Part shown: positions 10,532-20,848 of the stretch, one piece after another
Layout: every line of letters starts with the position of its first letter
Numbering within the stretch: the stretch's first letter is position 1
Position numbers and translations under genes: made by a program
Notes under the pieces: model-generated
Told to the model about the DNA's origin: nothing
Databases searched by the model: none
What the model saw: the letters and a program-made list of their open reading frames with translations, nothing else
NCBI GenBank assembly: GCA_965219995.1
Contig: CBDCOX010000002.1
Coordinates: 2,880,001 to 2,944,000 of the forward strand
Direction: 5' to 3'
DNA from: Candidatus Latescibacterota bacterium
GTDB taxonomy: Bacteria; Latescibacterota; UBA2968; GCA-2709665
Length of the DNA: 64,000 nt

Positions 10532-10623
10532 CGGTCCGGTAGATTCAGGACCGACCCGACGAGGCGTACGAGAACGTGAGATATACCAACTTCCAGTGGT
10601 ACGAAGACAGGAGAACGGACCGG
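10532..10623 (+). pseudogene. 92-bp relic of a sialidase-like gene 3' region
   Basis: Aligns without gaps to 18243-18334 (ENVRYTNFxWYEDRRT); in-frame TAG. Confidence 0.8.
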
Positions 10624-10980
10624 TGAAGGCATCCGCTGCACGTCAACCCGGGTAGACGGGAGATTCTTCGCTCCGCTCAGAATGACATGCCGGCCGACCG
10701 GTAGAACCGTTGTAAGTGAACTCCCCGTCGCTGATTTCAAAAGGCGGCGGGTTTTTTTTGAGGGTGGGGCGGACATTCCTGTCTGCCCACTCGCCAAACT
10801 TCCATCCTGAGGAAGCCCAATCGAAGATGACGCCTCCGCGCATATGGGCAGTCGAAGGCTTCTGCTGCACGTCAACCCGGGAAGACGGGAGATTCTTCGC
10901 TCCGCTCAGAATGACAAGCTTTGCAACAGACATAAGCGGGACGTTTCGGTCATGCCTGGGTCAGTACTGTCATCCTGAGG
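10624..10980. repeat. REP/MITE-like module cluster with a terminator-like hairpin at 10723-10759
   Basis: Two GAGATTCTTCGCTCCGCTCAGAATGACA copies, GGCGGACATTCCTGTCTGCCC, GC stem followed by T8. Confidence 0.8.
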
Positions 10981-11137
10981 ACGAATTACGATTTCGTTGA
11001 GAGCATTTTCCGACTGAACCCGAAAGCGGACTTGCGTTTTTCGTATATCAGGGTACAATAGGGGTACAGAACAGAGGAGAAGCCGTCCGGTATTGCTTCC
11101 GAGTCGTTCCCTTTACACCCTTCATCCGGAGAATGAG

Positions 11138-12874
11138 ATGAGCGCTGGTGTCCGCAAGTTCATTGTCTTTGCCATTGCCCTGGCCGTATCCTGGATCGTC
11201 GGGATCAACGTGGCCCCGACCTGGACCGTCGAGCAGATCGCCCTCGATGCTCACGTCGACAGAGACGGAAATCTCTACTACATATATCGGGGAGAGCCGG
11301 CCTATTTTCACCCCGTACCCATTGAGGAGGCGCTGCTCAACCCCGAGCGAATGGAAGGCTCGCGCGAGACCCCGGAAGTGAAGAAGGAGTTTGTCTCCGT
11401 GGTCAGGATGGAGGAGGGGGAGCCAAGGACCCTATACTATCAGCTGCTGGCCAAGCACCACTGGGGATTCTGGTCCCTGCTTCCCGCGGTGGTCGCCGTG
11501 CTCCTGTGCTGGCTCACCCGGGAGCCGGTTACCTCGCTCATTGGCGGCATCCTGTCGGGAGCCCTGGTGCTTACCCGCTACGACTTCACCGGCGACGTGC
11601 TGATCCCCTCGCTGGCCACGACCAGCTCCGCCGGCGTCCTGCTCCTCTACCTGTGGCTGCTGGGCGGGCTGATGGGGATCTGGTCCCGGACGGGCGCCGC
11701 GCAGGCGTTCGCCGAGTTAATGACCGAGCGCTTCGTGCGCGGTCCGCGAAGCGCGAAGCTCGTCTCCTGGATGCTCGGCGTCATCTTCTTCCAGGGGGGC
11801 ACGGTCAGCACCGTGCTGGTCGGCACCACGGTCAAGCCGATCGCCGACACCGAAAAGGTCAGCCACGAAGAGCTCGCCTATATCGTCGACTCGACCGCCT
11901 CGCCGATCGCTTCCCAGCTCGCTTTCAACGCCTGGCCCGGATATGTACAGGCTTTCATCTTCGTCTCCGGGGTGGGCTTCCTCGCCACCGAGACGGACCG
12001 CATCGCCTTCTTCTTCCAGAGCGTGCCGTTCTGCTTCTACGCGATCTTCGCCGTGCTCGGCACCTTTCTCCTCAGCATCGAGAGGCCTCTGTTCCTCGGC
12101 AAGCGGCTCAAGGCGGCGATGGATCGCTCCCGCGCGACCGGCCAGCTCGACGCCGAGGGAGCGAACCCCCTCAGCGCGAAGGAGCTGCAGGGAAGCAACG
12201 TTCCCGAGGGCTATACCCCCCACGTGATGGAATTCTTCCTGCCTTTGATTTCCCTCATCGGCATCGCCGTCGGCACCTTCATCGTCAGCGGCTCACCCAA
12301 CGTGCAGTGGGCCTTCGGCACGGCCCTGGTGCTCGCCGCGGGGATGGCTCTGGCCAAGGGGATGTCGCTGAAGGATCTCGTGGCGGGATTCCACGACGGC
12401 CTCAAGGGGGTGGTGCTCGGTTCCGTCATTCTCCTGCTCGCCATCACCATCGGAGGGATAAACAAGGAGACGGGGGGCGGCATCTTTCTGGTCGAGCAAC
12501 TCGGGGAGGCAATTCCCTACTTCCTGCTGCCGGTGCTGTTGCAGATCATGACCATGGTCATCGCCTTCTCCACGGGGACGAGCTGGGGCACGTACGCGGT
12601 GGCCTTCCCGCTGGCCATGCCGCTGGCCTGGGCGGTGGCAGGGGCTCACGGGCTTTCACATCCTGAGCTTTTCATGACGCTCTGCTTCGCCGCGGTCATG
12701 GACGGCAGCGTGTACGGCGACCAGTGCTCGCCGATCTCCGACACCACCGTGCTCAGCTCGATGTGCACCGGCTGCGACCTGATGGACCACGTCAAGACTC
12801 AGATACCCCAGGCGTCCATCGCGGCCTTCCTGGCGGCGGTCTGCTGGACCGTCGTCGCCTTCTTCACCGCCTGA
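11138..12874 (+). CDS. NhaC-family (Na+/H+ antiporter-like) transporter
   Basis: LAYIVDSTASP, FSTGTSWGT and GDQCSPISDTTVLSS signatures; many TM segments. Confidence 0.85.
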   Translation: MSAGVRKFIVFAIALAVSWIVGINVAPTWTVEQIALDAHVDRDGNLYYIYRGEPAYFHPVPIEEALLNPERMEGSRETPEVKKEFVSVVRMEEGEPRTLYYQLLAKHHWGFWSLLPAVVAVLLCWLTREPVTSLIGGILSGALVLTRYDFTGDVLIPSLATTSSAGVLLLYLWLLGGLMGIWSRTGAAQAFAELMTERFVRGPRSAKLVSWMLGVIFFQGGTVSTVLVGTTVKPIADTEKVSHEELAYIVDSTASPIASQLAFNAWPGYVQAFIFVSGVGFLATETDRIAFFFQSVPFCFYAIFAVLGTFLLSIERPLFLGKRLKAAMDRSRATGQLDAEGANPLSAKELQGSNVPEGYTPHVMEFFLPLISLIGIAVGTFIVSGSPNVQWAFGTALVLAAGMALAKGMSLKDLVAGFHDGLKGVVLGSVILLLAITIGGINKETGGGIFLVEQLGEAIPYFLLPVLLQIMTMVIAFSTGTSWGTYAVAFPLAMPLAWAVAGAHGLSHPELFMTLCFAAVMDGSVYGDQCSPISDTTVLSSMCTGCDLMDHVKTQIPQASIAAFLAAVCWTVVAFFTA

Positions 12875-12901
12875 GAAGAATTGGACTCGGCAGGCGGACA
12901 G

Positions 12902-15826
12902 TCAGGCGCTCTGTTCGCGTGTCCGTCCCTTTTTTTTGAATACTATCGAACGCCGTCGCCCCTTTTCCTGGACGTTCCGCGTAAATTTGCAGTCGGGCCA
13001 ATTCGAACAACCGATAAACCGCCCATATTTTCCACGCTTCTCCCGCAGCCATCCAAAGCACGCCGGACATCCCTCAACGGCCTGCCTGCAGTCCCGGCAG
13101 CGGTAGTTCTCATCGGCTTTCGCCAACAGTCCGGTCCTGCAATGCGGACACCCGGACTGTCGATACTCGCAATACGGCCAATGCGAACAACCGTAGAATG
13201 TGCCCCCGTCCTCAGCGTTACGTCTCCGCTGCAACCTTCCATGGATGCATTTGGGACACGGAACATCCCGTTCCGGTTGCTTCCCGTGGACCTCTACGTC
13301 ATAGCCGCCCTTCATCAACTCCTCGACGAAAGCCGAAGGCGTTCCGGAATCGACGACGAGATAGACTCCGCGCCTGGCGCGTGTGACCGCGACGTAGAAC
13401 AGGCGACGCTCCTCGGCGTTTGGATGTGCTTCCGGCTCAGCCAGAACGAGATCCAGTAGCGGGTCGTCGTCGATCTCGGAGGGGAAGCCGTACTTTCCTG
13501 AGTACATGCCCAGCACCACCACGTAGTCGGCCTCAAGGCCCTTGGAGCCGTGTACCGTCATGAAAGAGAGTTTGAGATTAAAATGCGCGCGCGCCAGCGC
13601 GTCCATATTCTGAGGCCTGGTGTGCCTGTACCGGCCCAGCAACAGGACGGTCGCGTGCTCGTCGTCCTCGGCGACATGAGCGGCAATTGCGTTCAACGCC
13701 TCCGCCAGGGGATCGGGAGACGTGTCCCGGGCGAACAATAAATGCACGCATGGCTCGGCTGCATTGAAGATGGACGTTACGCGCTTGCGGATCTGGGCAG
13801 GGTTGCTGAGCACGAATCGGGTTGCGACGTTGGCGATACGATCCGTGCACCTGAACGTCGTTTCCAGGTTGACGCGTTCGCCCTCGCCGAAGCGCGCCCT
13901 AAACTCTCGCATGATGCCGATGTCCGAACCCGCAAATCGGAAGATGGCCTGCCAGTCGTCGCCGACCGCGAACAACTGCGAGGTGTTCGATGTGTCCAGC
14001 AACGCCTTCAGCAGACGCGCTCTCCCGTCCGAAATATCCTGAAACTCATCCACGAGGATGTAACCGTACCGGTTGCGGTAACGCCCGCTCCGCACGTGTT
14101 CCGTCGCGTTGGTGATCATGTCGTGGAAATCGATCTGCCGCTTCCGAGCCAGCGACTCCTGGTAACGCTCATATACAGGAATGAAGACGGTCAGAAATGC
14201 CTCGGCCCGAAGACGGTTTCGAGCTCTGGCAGCGCGGCGGGCCACGTCGTCTGCCGTCAGTTGCGCACCCTTGTAGTGGTGGAGGAACGTCGCGACCAGA
14301 CGGATGAAGGGTTCGATTCGACCTTGCTGTTCGAGGACGGAGAAGGTATTCCGGGATGGGATCGGCGACAGCTTTATCCCGTGGACGGCCAGTTTTTCAG
14401 CCAGGTTCCCGGTCAGTCTGCCCGCATCCTTTTCGTGGCTGTAGGTCTCCACGAGAACCGTGCCGTGTTCCGCGTGCAGCCGTCTTTTCCAGTCCAACGA
14501 CCTGAGATATGCGTCGCGATCGATAAAGGGAGGCGTATCGTTCGATTCCGAGAGTGCGAAATGCTCAATGTAAATCCCCGTGCCGGTGAGGGTGAAATCG
14601 GGCTGGTATTGCCTCTTGTCCCTGGTGGCGGTGTCGTGTTCGTAGTCGCGTTCGTACTCATAGGGCACACCATTGAGGTAAAGGAAGTTGGCAATCTCGC
14701 ATTCTTCGAAGCTCTTTAGCTTCTCGCCTTGCAGAGACCGGACCTCGTTGTCCCGGAGATAGGCCCAATACTCTCCCTGAGTCCGGAATTCGAACTCGCT
14801 TCGGTACGGAGCAAAATGCCCTGCGAACCATCCGAGCATGTCGTCGGCGTGCCCGGGATCGGCGACGAGGTCGCCAACGATGCCCTTCAGCAGGTCGAAC
14901 AGGGCAAGGTCATCCAGCGCAGCCTTTGCCACGGCCGGGCGTCTGCGTTCCGCCTCCCCGATGATCGACATGCCCAGGCTGTGGAACGTTCGAACCGTGA
15001 GTTCATCGCCCAACCGCACGCCAAGGCGCTTCCGGATCCTCTCCTTCATTTCTTCCTGGGCGTCTTTGGCGAATGCAAGCAGAAGCAGTTCCGATGGACG
15101 CCGGTACCCCTTCTGAATGAGCCAGCCCGCCTTGGCAACGATGACTGACGTCTTGCCGCTTCCGGCGGCTGCGACGACCAGGTTGCGGTCGTCATCGACG
15201 ACAACCGCTCTGCGCTGCTCGTCCGTGAGCGGCCTGGACTCAATCCTTTCGAAGAAGTCCCTGGATCGGACCAGTTCTTTGGCCACAAACGTCTCGCAAG
15301 CTCTCGCCCGAAAACCTTCTAAATCGTCCGAGAAGTCCTGAATCGCCTTCAGCATTCGGATTTCTGCAAGGCCGGAGAGCTGTTCGGGCCACCGTGCGGG
15401 GAACCGGGCGACCACGTCTTCGGCATCTTGTTCGATCGGGGAAAAGACGGTACGCGCCACATACCGTGACGGGTCGGTAAACTGCGTGAGGCGTTCGTAC
15501 ACGGATTGAATCGTTCCGGCATGCGTATCCAGGGCGCCGCGCCACCAGTCGACTCTCGCGCCCATCAGTGCATCGCCGAATACCCGGGCGTCCGCCTTCG
15601 ACAGTCCGGATACCGTTGCACTGCCGGAGGCGAAACGTACTTGCAATCCTCCCCAGAACCACCCGAGCGCCACCTCCGCGGTCTCGATTTCGCGAAAGGG
15701 GAGAACCATCGACCGGGACGGGTATTCCAGGATCAATGTTTCGCTGTTCAACGTGACGGCTCCGGCATGTCCCCGGCGAAGAACCGGGAACACGTACGAG
15801 GCCAGGCCGGATCGTCCGACGCGCAT
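12902..15826 (-). CDS. UvrD/helicase IV-like SF1 helicase with C-terminal topoisomerase-type zinc ribbons
   Basis: AAAGSGKT, LVDEFQD, VGDDWQAIFRF, TVHGSKGLE, EERRLFYVAVTRAR; CxxC ribbons FYGCSHWPYC and FIGCSNWPDC; start uncertain (15826-15886). Confidence 0.85.
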   Translation of the reverse strand: MRVGRSGLASYVFPVLRRGHAGAVTLNSETLILEYPSRSMVLPFREIETAEVALGWFWGGLQVRFASGSATVSGLSKADARVFGDALMGARVDWWRGALDTHAGTIQSVYERLTQFTDPSRYVARTVFSPIEQDAEDVVARFPARWPEQLSGLAEIRMLKAIQDFSDDLEGFRARACETFVAKELVRSRDFFERIESRPLTDEQRRAVVVDDDRNLVVAAAGSGKTSVIVAKAGWLIQKGYRRPSELLLLAFAKDAQEEMKERIRKRLGVRLGDELTVRTFHSLGMSIIGEAERRRPAVAKAALDDLALFDLLKGIVGDLVADPGHADDMLGWFAGHFAPYRSEFEFRTQGEYWAYLRDNEVRSLQGEKLKSFEECEIANFLYLNGVPYEYERDYEHDTATRDKRQYQPDFTLTGTGIYIEHFALSESNDTPPFIDRDAYLRSLDWKRRLHAEHGTVLVETYSHEKDAGRLTGNLAEKLAVHGIKLSPIPSRNTFSVLEQQGRIEPFIRLVATFLHHYKGAQLTADDVARRAARARNRLRAEAFLTVFIPVYERYQESLARKRQIDFHDMITNATEHVRSGRYRNRYGYILVDEFQDISDGRARLLKALLDTSNTSQLFAVGDDWQAIFRFAGSDIGIMREFRARFGEGERVNLETTFRCTDRIANVATRFVLSNPAQIRKRVTSIFNAAEPCVHLLFARDTSPDPLAEALNAIAAHVAEDDEHATVLLLGRYRHTRPQNMDALARAHFNLKLSFMTVHGSKGLEADYVVVLGMYSGKYGFPSEIDDDPLLDLVLAEPEAHPNAEERRLFYVAVTRARRGVYLVVDSGTPSAFVEELMKGGYDVEVHGKQPERDVPCPKCIHGRLQRRRNAEDGGTFYGCSHWPYCEYRQSGCPHCRTGLLAKADENYRCRDCRQAVEGCPACFGWLREKRGKYGRFIGCSNWPDCKFTRNVQEKGRRRSIVFKKKGRTREQSA

Positions 15827-16280
15827 AGGTCCCCCGGTGCCCGTTAGCCTGTCTGATTCAAGATGACGAGTTCTAATGCAAATCATACGCCAGACCGGTC
15901 AGATACGACTGAAAAACCGGTCGTGCAGGGGATCGCTGCCCTGACCGCGGGCTACGCCTCATCGGCTGCCGCGCCCGCGTCAATTCCAGTCCCGATGGGG
16001 ATTGTACGGCAATCCGCCTTGAATTCCGCCGTTGTTTTCCGTTGACACGCTCCTGTAATGCCGCTTTCTTTCGCCTTCCTGCACGTGGCGTTTCGTTTTG
16101 AACAACATTTGCACGCGTCGTTCTCCAATGTCCCGGAACGGATGGCGTGTCTCTGCAGCAATTCTTGCGTTTTCTTTCAATGCAGTGAAAGCAATTGTAC
16201 ACGGAGTTCAACGCGGGACTAATAATCCATTCTCTTCCCATCCTGCGGGACGTTTTTTCTTGCAAGGAAAAGGATACGCC

Positions 16281-17081
16281 ATGGAAACCGTACGTGACAG
16301 GCTCTGGATCTTCACGTGTGTGGCCGGATCGGACAACGACTCTCTCACTTACGCCGGGTACACGCAGGGGTCTCGGATGACACCGGCCGAAGGCGCGTTG
16401 TTTCTGGACGTCCCCAACCTCCATATGATCCGGTGGCGCGGCCTGCCCGCGTATCCGTACGAACAGTACGCCGTTACCTTTTCCTCTCTGAAGCAGGTCA
16501 CCTGGTCCATCGTGGGCAGCGGCGGACAGGTGGAAGGTGACGAACTCCAGCGAGTGCTCGATCTGACCGAGCGGCATCCCAACATCACCGGCGTGTATCT
16601 GGACGACTTCATGCGAATGGACGGCAAAGGGGCCCTCGGTGTGGACGACCTCGCCAAAGTCCGTCCGCGACTGAACGTTGCAGGCAGACGGCTGGACCTC
16701 TGGGTGGTCCTGTACATCAGGCAACTCAACCTTCCCGTCGCGCCGTACCTGGAACACTGCGACGTGGTCAACCTCTGGACCTGGAACTCCGACGAACTGG
16801 CAGACCTCGAACGGAATATGGAACGCCTCGAAGCGGTCAATCCCGGCGGTCGGGTCTCCCTGGGGTGTTACCTCTGGGACTACCACAACCGGCGGCCCGT
16901 GTCGATTTCGCAAATGGAGCACCAGTGCAATCTGGGTCTCCGGTGGCTGAGGGAAGGCCGAATCGAGAGCATTGTCTTTCTCGGCAACACCTGCTGCGAC
17001 ATCGGCATCGAGTCCGCCTCGTGGGCACAGGCATGGATCAGGGAGGTGGGCGATATCCCGCTGAACGCGGTCGACGAGTGA
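16281..17081 (+). CDS. Hypothetical protein, possibly TIM-barrel/glycoside hydrolase-like
   Basis: ATG after AAGGAAAAGGA; GVYLDDF, VVNLWTW and LGCYLWDY motifs; no certain family. Confidence 0.6.
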   Translation: METVRDRLWIFTCVAGSDNDSLTYAGYTQGSRMTPAEGALFLDVPNLHMIRWRGLPAYPYEQYAVTFSSLKQVTWSIVGSGGQVEGDELQRVLDLTERHPNITGVYLDDFMRMDGKGALGVDDLAKVRPRLNVAGRRLDLWVVLYIRQLNLPVAPYLEHCDVVNLWTWNSDELADLERNMERLEAVNPGGRVSLGCYLWDYHNRRPVSISQMEHQCNLGLRWLREGRIESIVFLGNTCCDIGIESASWAQAWIREVGDIPLNAVDE

Positions 17082-17176
17082 ACCAAGCGCGGGAATCAAT
17101 AGCCACAAAAAGCACAAAAGGCACAAAACGGGTAAAGCAGTGCAGATATGCAAAGCTAAGTGAGGAGACGACCGAT

Positions 17177-18445
17177 ATGGAGAACCGGGAAGGGATCGGA
17201 GACAACCTCGACAAGAGCACTTACATTGGGAGCGACGGCCACCATGCGTTTTACGCGTCCGGACAGACGTATACGGGTGCGACCGGAGAACGCCTCGTTG
17301 AAACGGTGACCTCCGAATGCCTCCAGTGGGTGACTCACGACGACGGACGCACAACGCTGGACGCCTGTTACGACGGCACCTGGCTCAGGATTTCGGAAGA
17401 CAACGGTTCACACTGGACGGACTGGGGACCGAGGGTAAGGTTCGACATCGGGATCGAGGAAGAGCAGCTAATGCCGGCGGGATTCAGCCTGGATGCGAAA
17501 AACGACACCCTGGTGCGGTTTTACCGGGGGCAGAAGGCCGATAAGCGTTGCTACGGGTACATCAACCAGGGCGCCTACCGGGCGTATACCAGCGTTTCCG
17601 GAGACCAGGGAGCAACCTGGAGCGATCCGGAGCAGATCGTCGCCCGGGGTGAAGGTTTTGACGCGGAACGCTGGGGACCCGGCTTCGAATACGGCGTCCG
17701 AGGCGGGATCCTCAACGGAAACCACTGCATCTGGCTCGAGGACGGGTCGGTGCTGGCGCCATTCACGGAATACGAACGGCTGGACGGTACCAGACCCTGG
17801 TGCTTCAGGGTGGTCTGCGCACGCGGATACTGGAAGGACGATATGAGCGGGCTTGACTGGGAGTTCGGGGACTTTATCGAGGTGCCGGTTGAGAAGTCCC
17901 GGATCGGATGCTGCGAGCCCTCGATCACGCCGCTGGGATCGGGTGCGCTGTTCGTCACGATGAGGTGTCAGGGGAACGAGGCCGAGGGCTCTTATACCAT
18001 ACCGTATACCGCCGTTTCGGAGGATGGCGGAATGAGCTGGACGCAGCCGGAACCGCTGCGCTACGACGACGGTTCGAACGTATGGACGCCCGCCTCGTGC
18101 ACGGCCTTTTATGATTCATCCGTGACGGGCAAGACCTACTGGATTGCCAATATCCTGGACGGCCCCGTCTTCGGCCAGATTCCTCGATATCCATTGCAGA
18201 TCGCCGAATTCGACACGGTCAATGCGTGTATCGTAAAGGACTCGGTCCGGCTCATTCAGGACAGGCCCGACGACGCGCACGAAAACGTGAGATATACCAA
18301 CTTCGGGTGGTACGAAGACAGAAGAACGGGTCGGCTGATAATCACGCTTCCGGAGCAGTATCGCCGCATGGGTTGGGACGACATGGAGAAGCCGGAGGAC
18401 TTCGCCGCGGATTGCGTGAAATACACGGTGGATATAGGCGGGTAG
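17177..18445 (+). CDS. Sialidase/BNR Asp-box repeat protein
   Basis: Asp-boxes SEDNGSHW, SGDQGATW, SEDGGMSW; CEPSI; ATG after GAGGAG. Confidence 0.8.
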   Translation: MENREGIGDNLDKSTYIGSDGHHAFYASGQTYTGATGERLVETVTSECLQWVTHDDGRTTLDACYDGTWLRISEDNGSHWTDWGPRVRFDIGIEEEQLMPAGFSLDAKNDTLVRFYRGQKADKRCYGYINQGAYRAYTSVSGDQGATWSDPEQIVARGEGFDAERWGPGFEYGVRGGILNGNHCIWLEDGSVLAPFTEYERLDGTRPWCFRVVCARGYWKDDMSGLDWEFGDFIEVPVEKSRIGCCEPSITPLGSGALFVTMRCQGNEAEGSYTIPYTAVSEDGGMSWTQPEPLRYDDGSNVWTPASCTAFYDSSVTGKTYWIANILDGPVFGQIPRYPLQIAEFDTVNACIVKDSVRLIQDRPDDAHENVRYTNFGWYEDRRTGRLIITLPEQYRRMGWDDMEKPEDFAADCVKYTVDIGG

Positions 18446-18892
18446 ACGTGAGAGGGGAGATAATCAGAAAAACCGCTCACACAAAGACACGAAGACACAA
18501 AGAAAAACAACTGCAATCAGCCGAGATCAAAAGCGAAATTCAACTTCAAAATCCCCTTTTCCCCAAATTCCCTGCCTCCGGCGGGTTCCTTTTGAAGCGA
18601 CCAAAAGGAACCAAAAGTCGCCGCTGGGCGCGGGGCCTGCCATATGCATAGCGCGAACCATCTCACAGGTTGCACTCAATCCTCTGCCCTGACACCCTGA
18701 GTGGAACATCGAACCGTGTCGATGGACGGATCAGCGCGCTCTGCTCTGGAAGTCCTCCGTTCAGGAGATTCCCTTGAAGATCGATTGGCGTTTTTTTGAT
18801 GAGGACAGCGGTTAGCTATCAGCTTTCAGCTTGAAGCGACGTCAAACCCGATGACGCCAGCGCCGCCACGTGGCAGGATCATTCCGGCCGCA

Positions 18893-19003
18893 GACCTCTC
18901 CCCCCGGCCCCCTCTCCTAAAGGAAAGGGGGAGAAAGACAGGAGACCCTGAGCGGGTCACAGTTCCCCCTTCCTTCAGGAAGGGGGAAAGGGGGTAGGTC
19001 TCG
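18893..19003. repeat. ~110-bp element with inverted C/G-rich ends
   Basis: GACCTCTCCCCCGGCCCCC...GGGGGAAAGGGGGTAGGTC; homologous to 8018-8122. Confidence 0.8.
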
Positions 19004-19049
19004 TTCGGTGAGACGTCCGATTACGTAGCGCCATTACCGCAACGCGAAA

Positions 19050-20743
19050 TCAGGACTCCACATACCTGGAGATGAGGTCCACGGTGGCCGCATCTCCCTT
19101 TTTTTGCGCCCAGGCCAGGGGCGTGGCCATTCGGCGCCGGCCAGCGTGGGGTCGGCGCCGCGTTCCAGATAGAGCTGTGCGAGATCGTACTTGCCCCACC
19201 GGACCGCCCAGCCCAGCGGCGTGGACTGGAGGAGGTCGTCGATCACGTTCAGATCGGCGCCGTGGTCGAGGAGGATGGTGGCAAAGGCGACCCGCTCGGT
19301 CTCGGTCATAATCGGCTCTCCCCAGACGATGCCGCAGGCCGCCAGGTGATGCGCGAGCCGGTACCCGAATCGCCCCACCAGGTTGGGGCTGACGCCGTGG
19401 TCCAGAATCATGCGGAAGATCTCCGGATAGACCGTGCGGTCGAAGTCTCGGAATTTACGGTGGGGATTGGTCCGCCAGAGCCGGAGGGGCTGCTCGAGCA
19501 GGCTGAACCAGCGGCGGTCATCGGATTCCCAGTCGAGTTGCCGAAGGCACATCCCCACGATATTCGGGTCACCGCCGCATCCCGCCGCCCAGAGCAGCTT
19601 CTCCGCGATCGTCGGGTCGTTGTGGAGGGCGACCGCGCCGGCGGCGGTTTCAGCCTCGAGTCCAATGGTAATGTGATCCAGAACGCCTCCGTATCGGAAC
19701 AACAGTCCCTTCATCCGATCATCGCGGTTGTTGTACGCCGCACCCACGGGATTGGCGCTGGCATAGATGCTGGCATTGGGATCGGCGCCCCGCTCGAGCA
19801 GGAGTTCGGCGATTTCATATCGGGAGTTACCTGACGCATCGGACAGCGGCCCGCCCCACGAATACGGCTTGGATTCATAGTGGTGCAGCTGATGCCGGTC
19901 GTCCGGGTGCAGACCGAGGTCGAGCAGCATACGCACCATGTCGATATTGTCATTCTGGACCGCGATCGTCAGAAGGCCGTTGCGCTCACTGTCGTCAGCC
20001 TGAAAGCGTTCCGGATGCGCCCTGGCGAAAGCGCGGACGAATTCGAAATCCCCCAGGGCAACGGCGGATTCGATGGATTGCTCGCATCCCGCATGCAGCA
20101 GGATGCCCGTACAGATCAGACACCCCTCGTTGAGCGGCCTGTTGCGGCCGTGTATATTGTGTACGGCCCCATCCAGGGGCGACTGTCCCTCGGGTGTGAG
20201 ATGGGTGATATCGGCGCCGCGATCGAGCAGTTCGCGAACCAGCCGGTAACGGCCGTGCGACGCGGCCGCGTGGATCACACTGCCGCCGTTGCGATGACAC
20301 GCATCCAGCAGTTCGGGTTGCCGGTCCAGGATGTCGAGCGCGGCCTGCTCCCGCCCCTCCCCGACGGCCTCGAACAGCGCGTCGTTCTCGTCGGTTATCG
20401 TGATATTCTTGCACGCGGCCAGCTTGCGTTTTTCGTCTTCTTCCCTGATCACGTGGACGATGTCGTCCAGGCCGCGCTCCCGCGCCATCGTAAACGCGCC
20501 GGTGGCGTCGCGGTGGGGGTAGATGCCGGAGTTGTGGTCCGCGCCCGCTTCCATGAGAACGCGGACCGCATCGATGCGCCGGTTCATCACCGCGTAATGA
20601 ATCGCGCGGTGTTCGTTGTTTTCGGCCATGTGCACATTCACCAGATCGGGCTGCTCGCCAAGGATCTGTCTAATCCGCGACACATCGCCGCTGCCTGCCG
20701 CCTCACATAGATCTGCGACCCTGTAGGTTCCGTTGCCTGCCAT
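19050..20743 (-). CDS. Ankyrin-repeat protein with a probable 1-nt frameshift near the 3' end
   Basis: AIHYAV, VIHAAASHG, TPLGWAVRWG repeats; adding one G at 19127-19128 gives ATPLAWAQKKG...YVES* (stop 19050-19052). Confidence 0.8.
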
Positions 20744-20848
20744 CTCTGTTCCTTTCCGGGTTTGCCCGTCATCCACTGGCGAAGCCTTCGCCGGTTGCGC
20801 AATAGCTGAAGTCGATTATCCGAAACCGCCAGCCCTGCCGCAGACAGC

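Noticed and set aside
15873-17354. 493-aa minus-strand ORF
   Set aside because: Antisense shadow of plus-strand genes; no motifs
10532-18334. DGR template/variable repeat pair
   Set aside because: Mismatches are not adenine-specific in either copy, and there is no reverse transcriptase in the window
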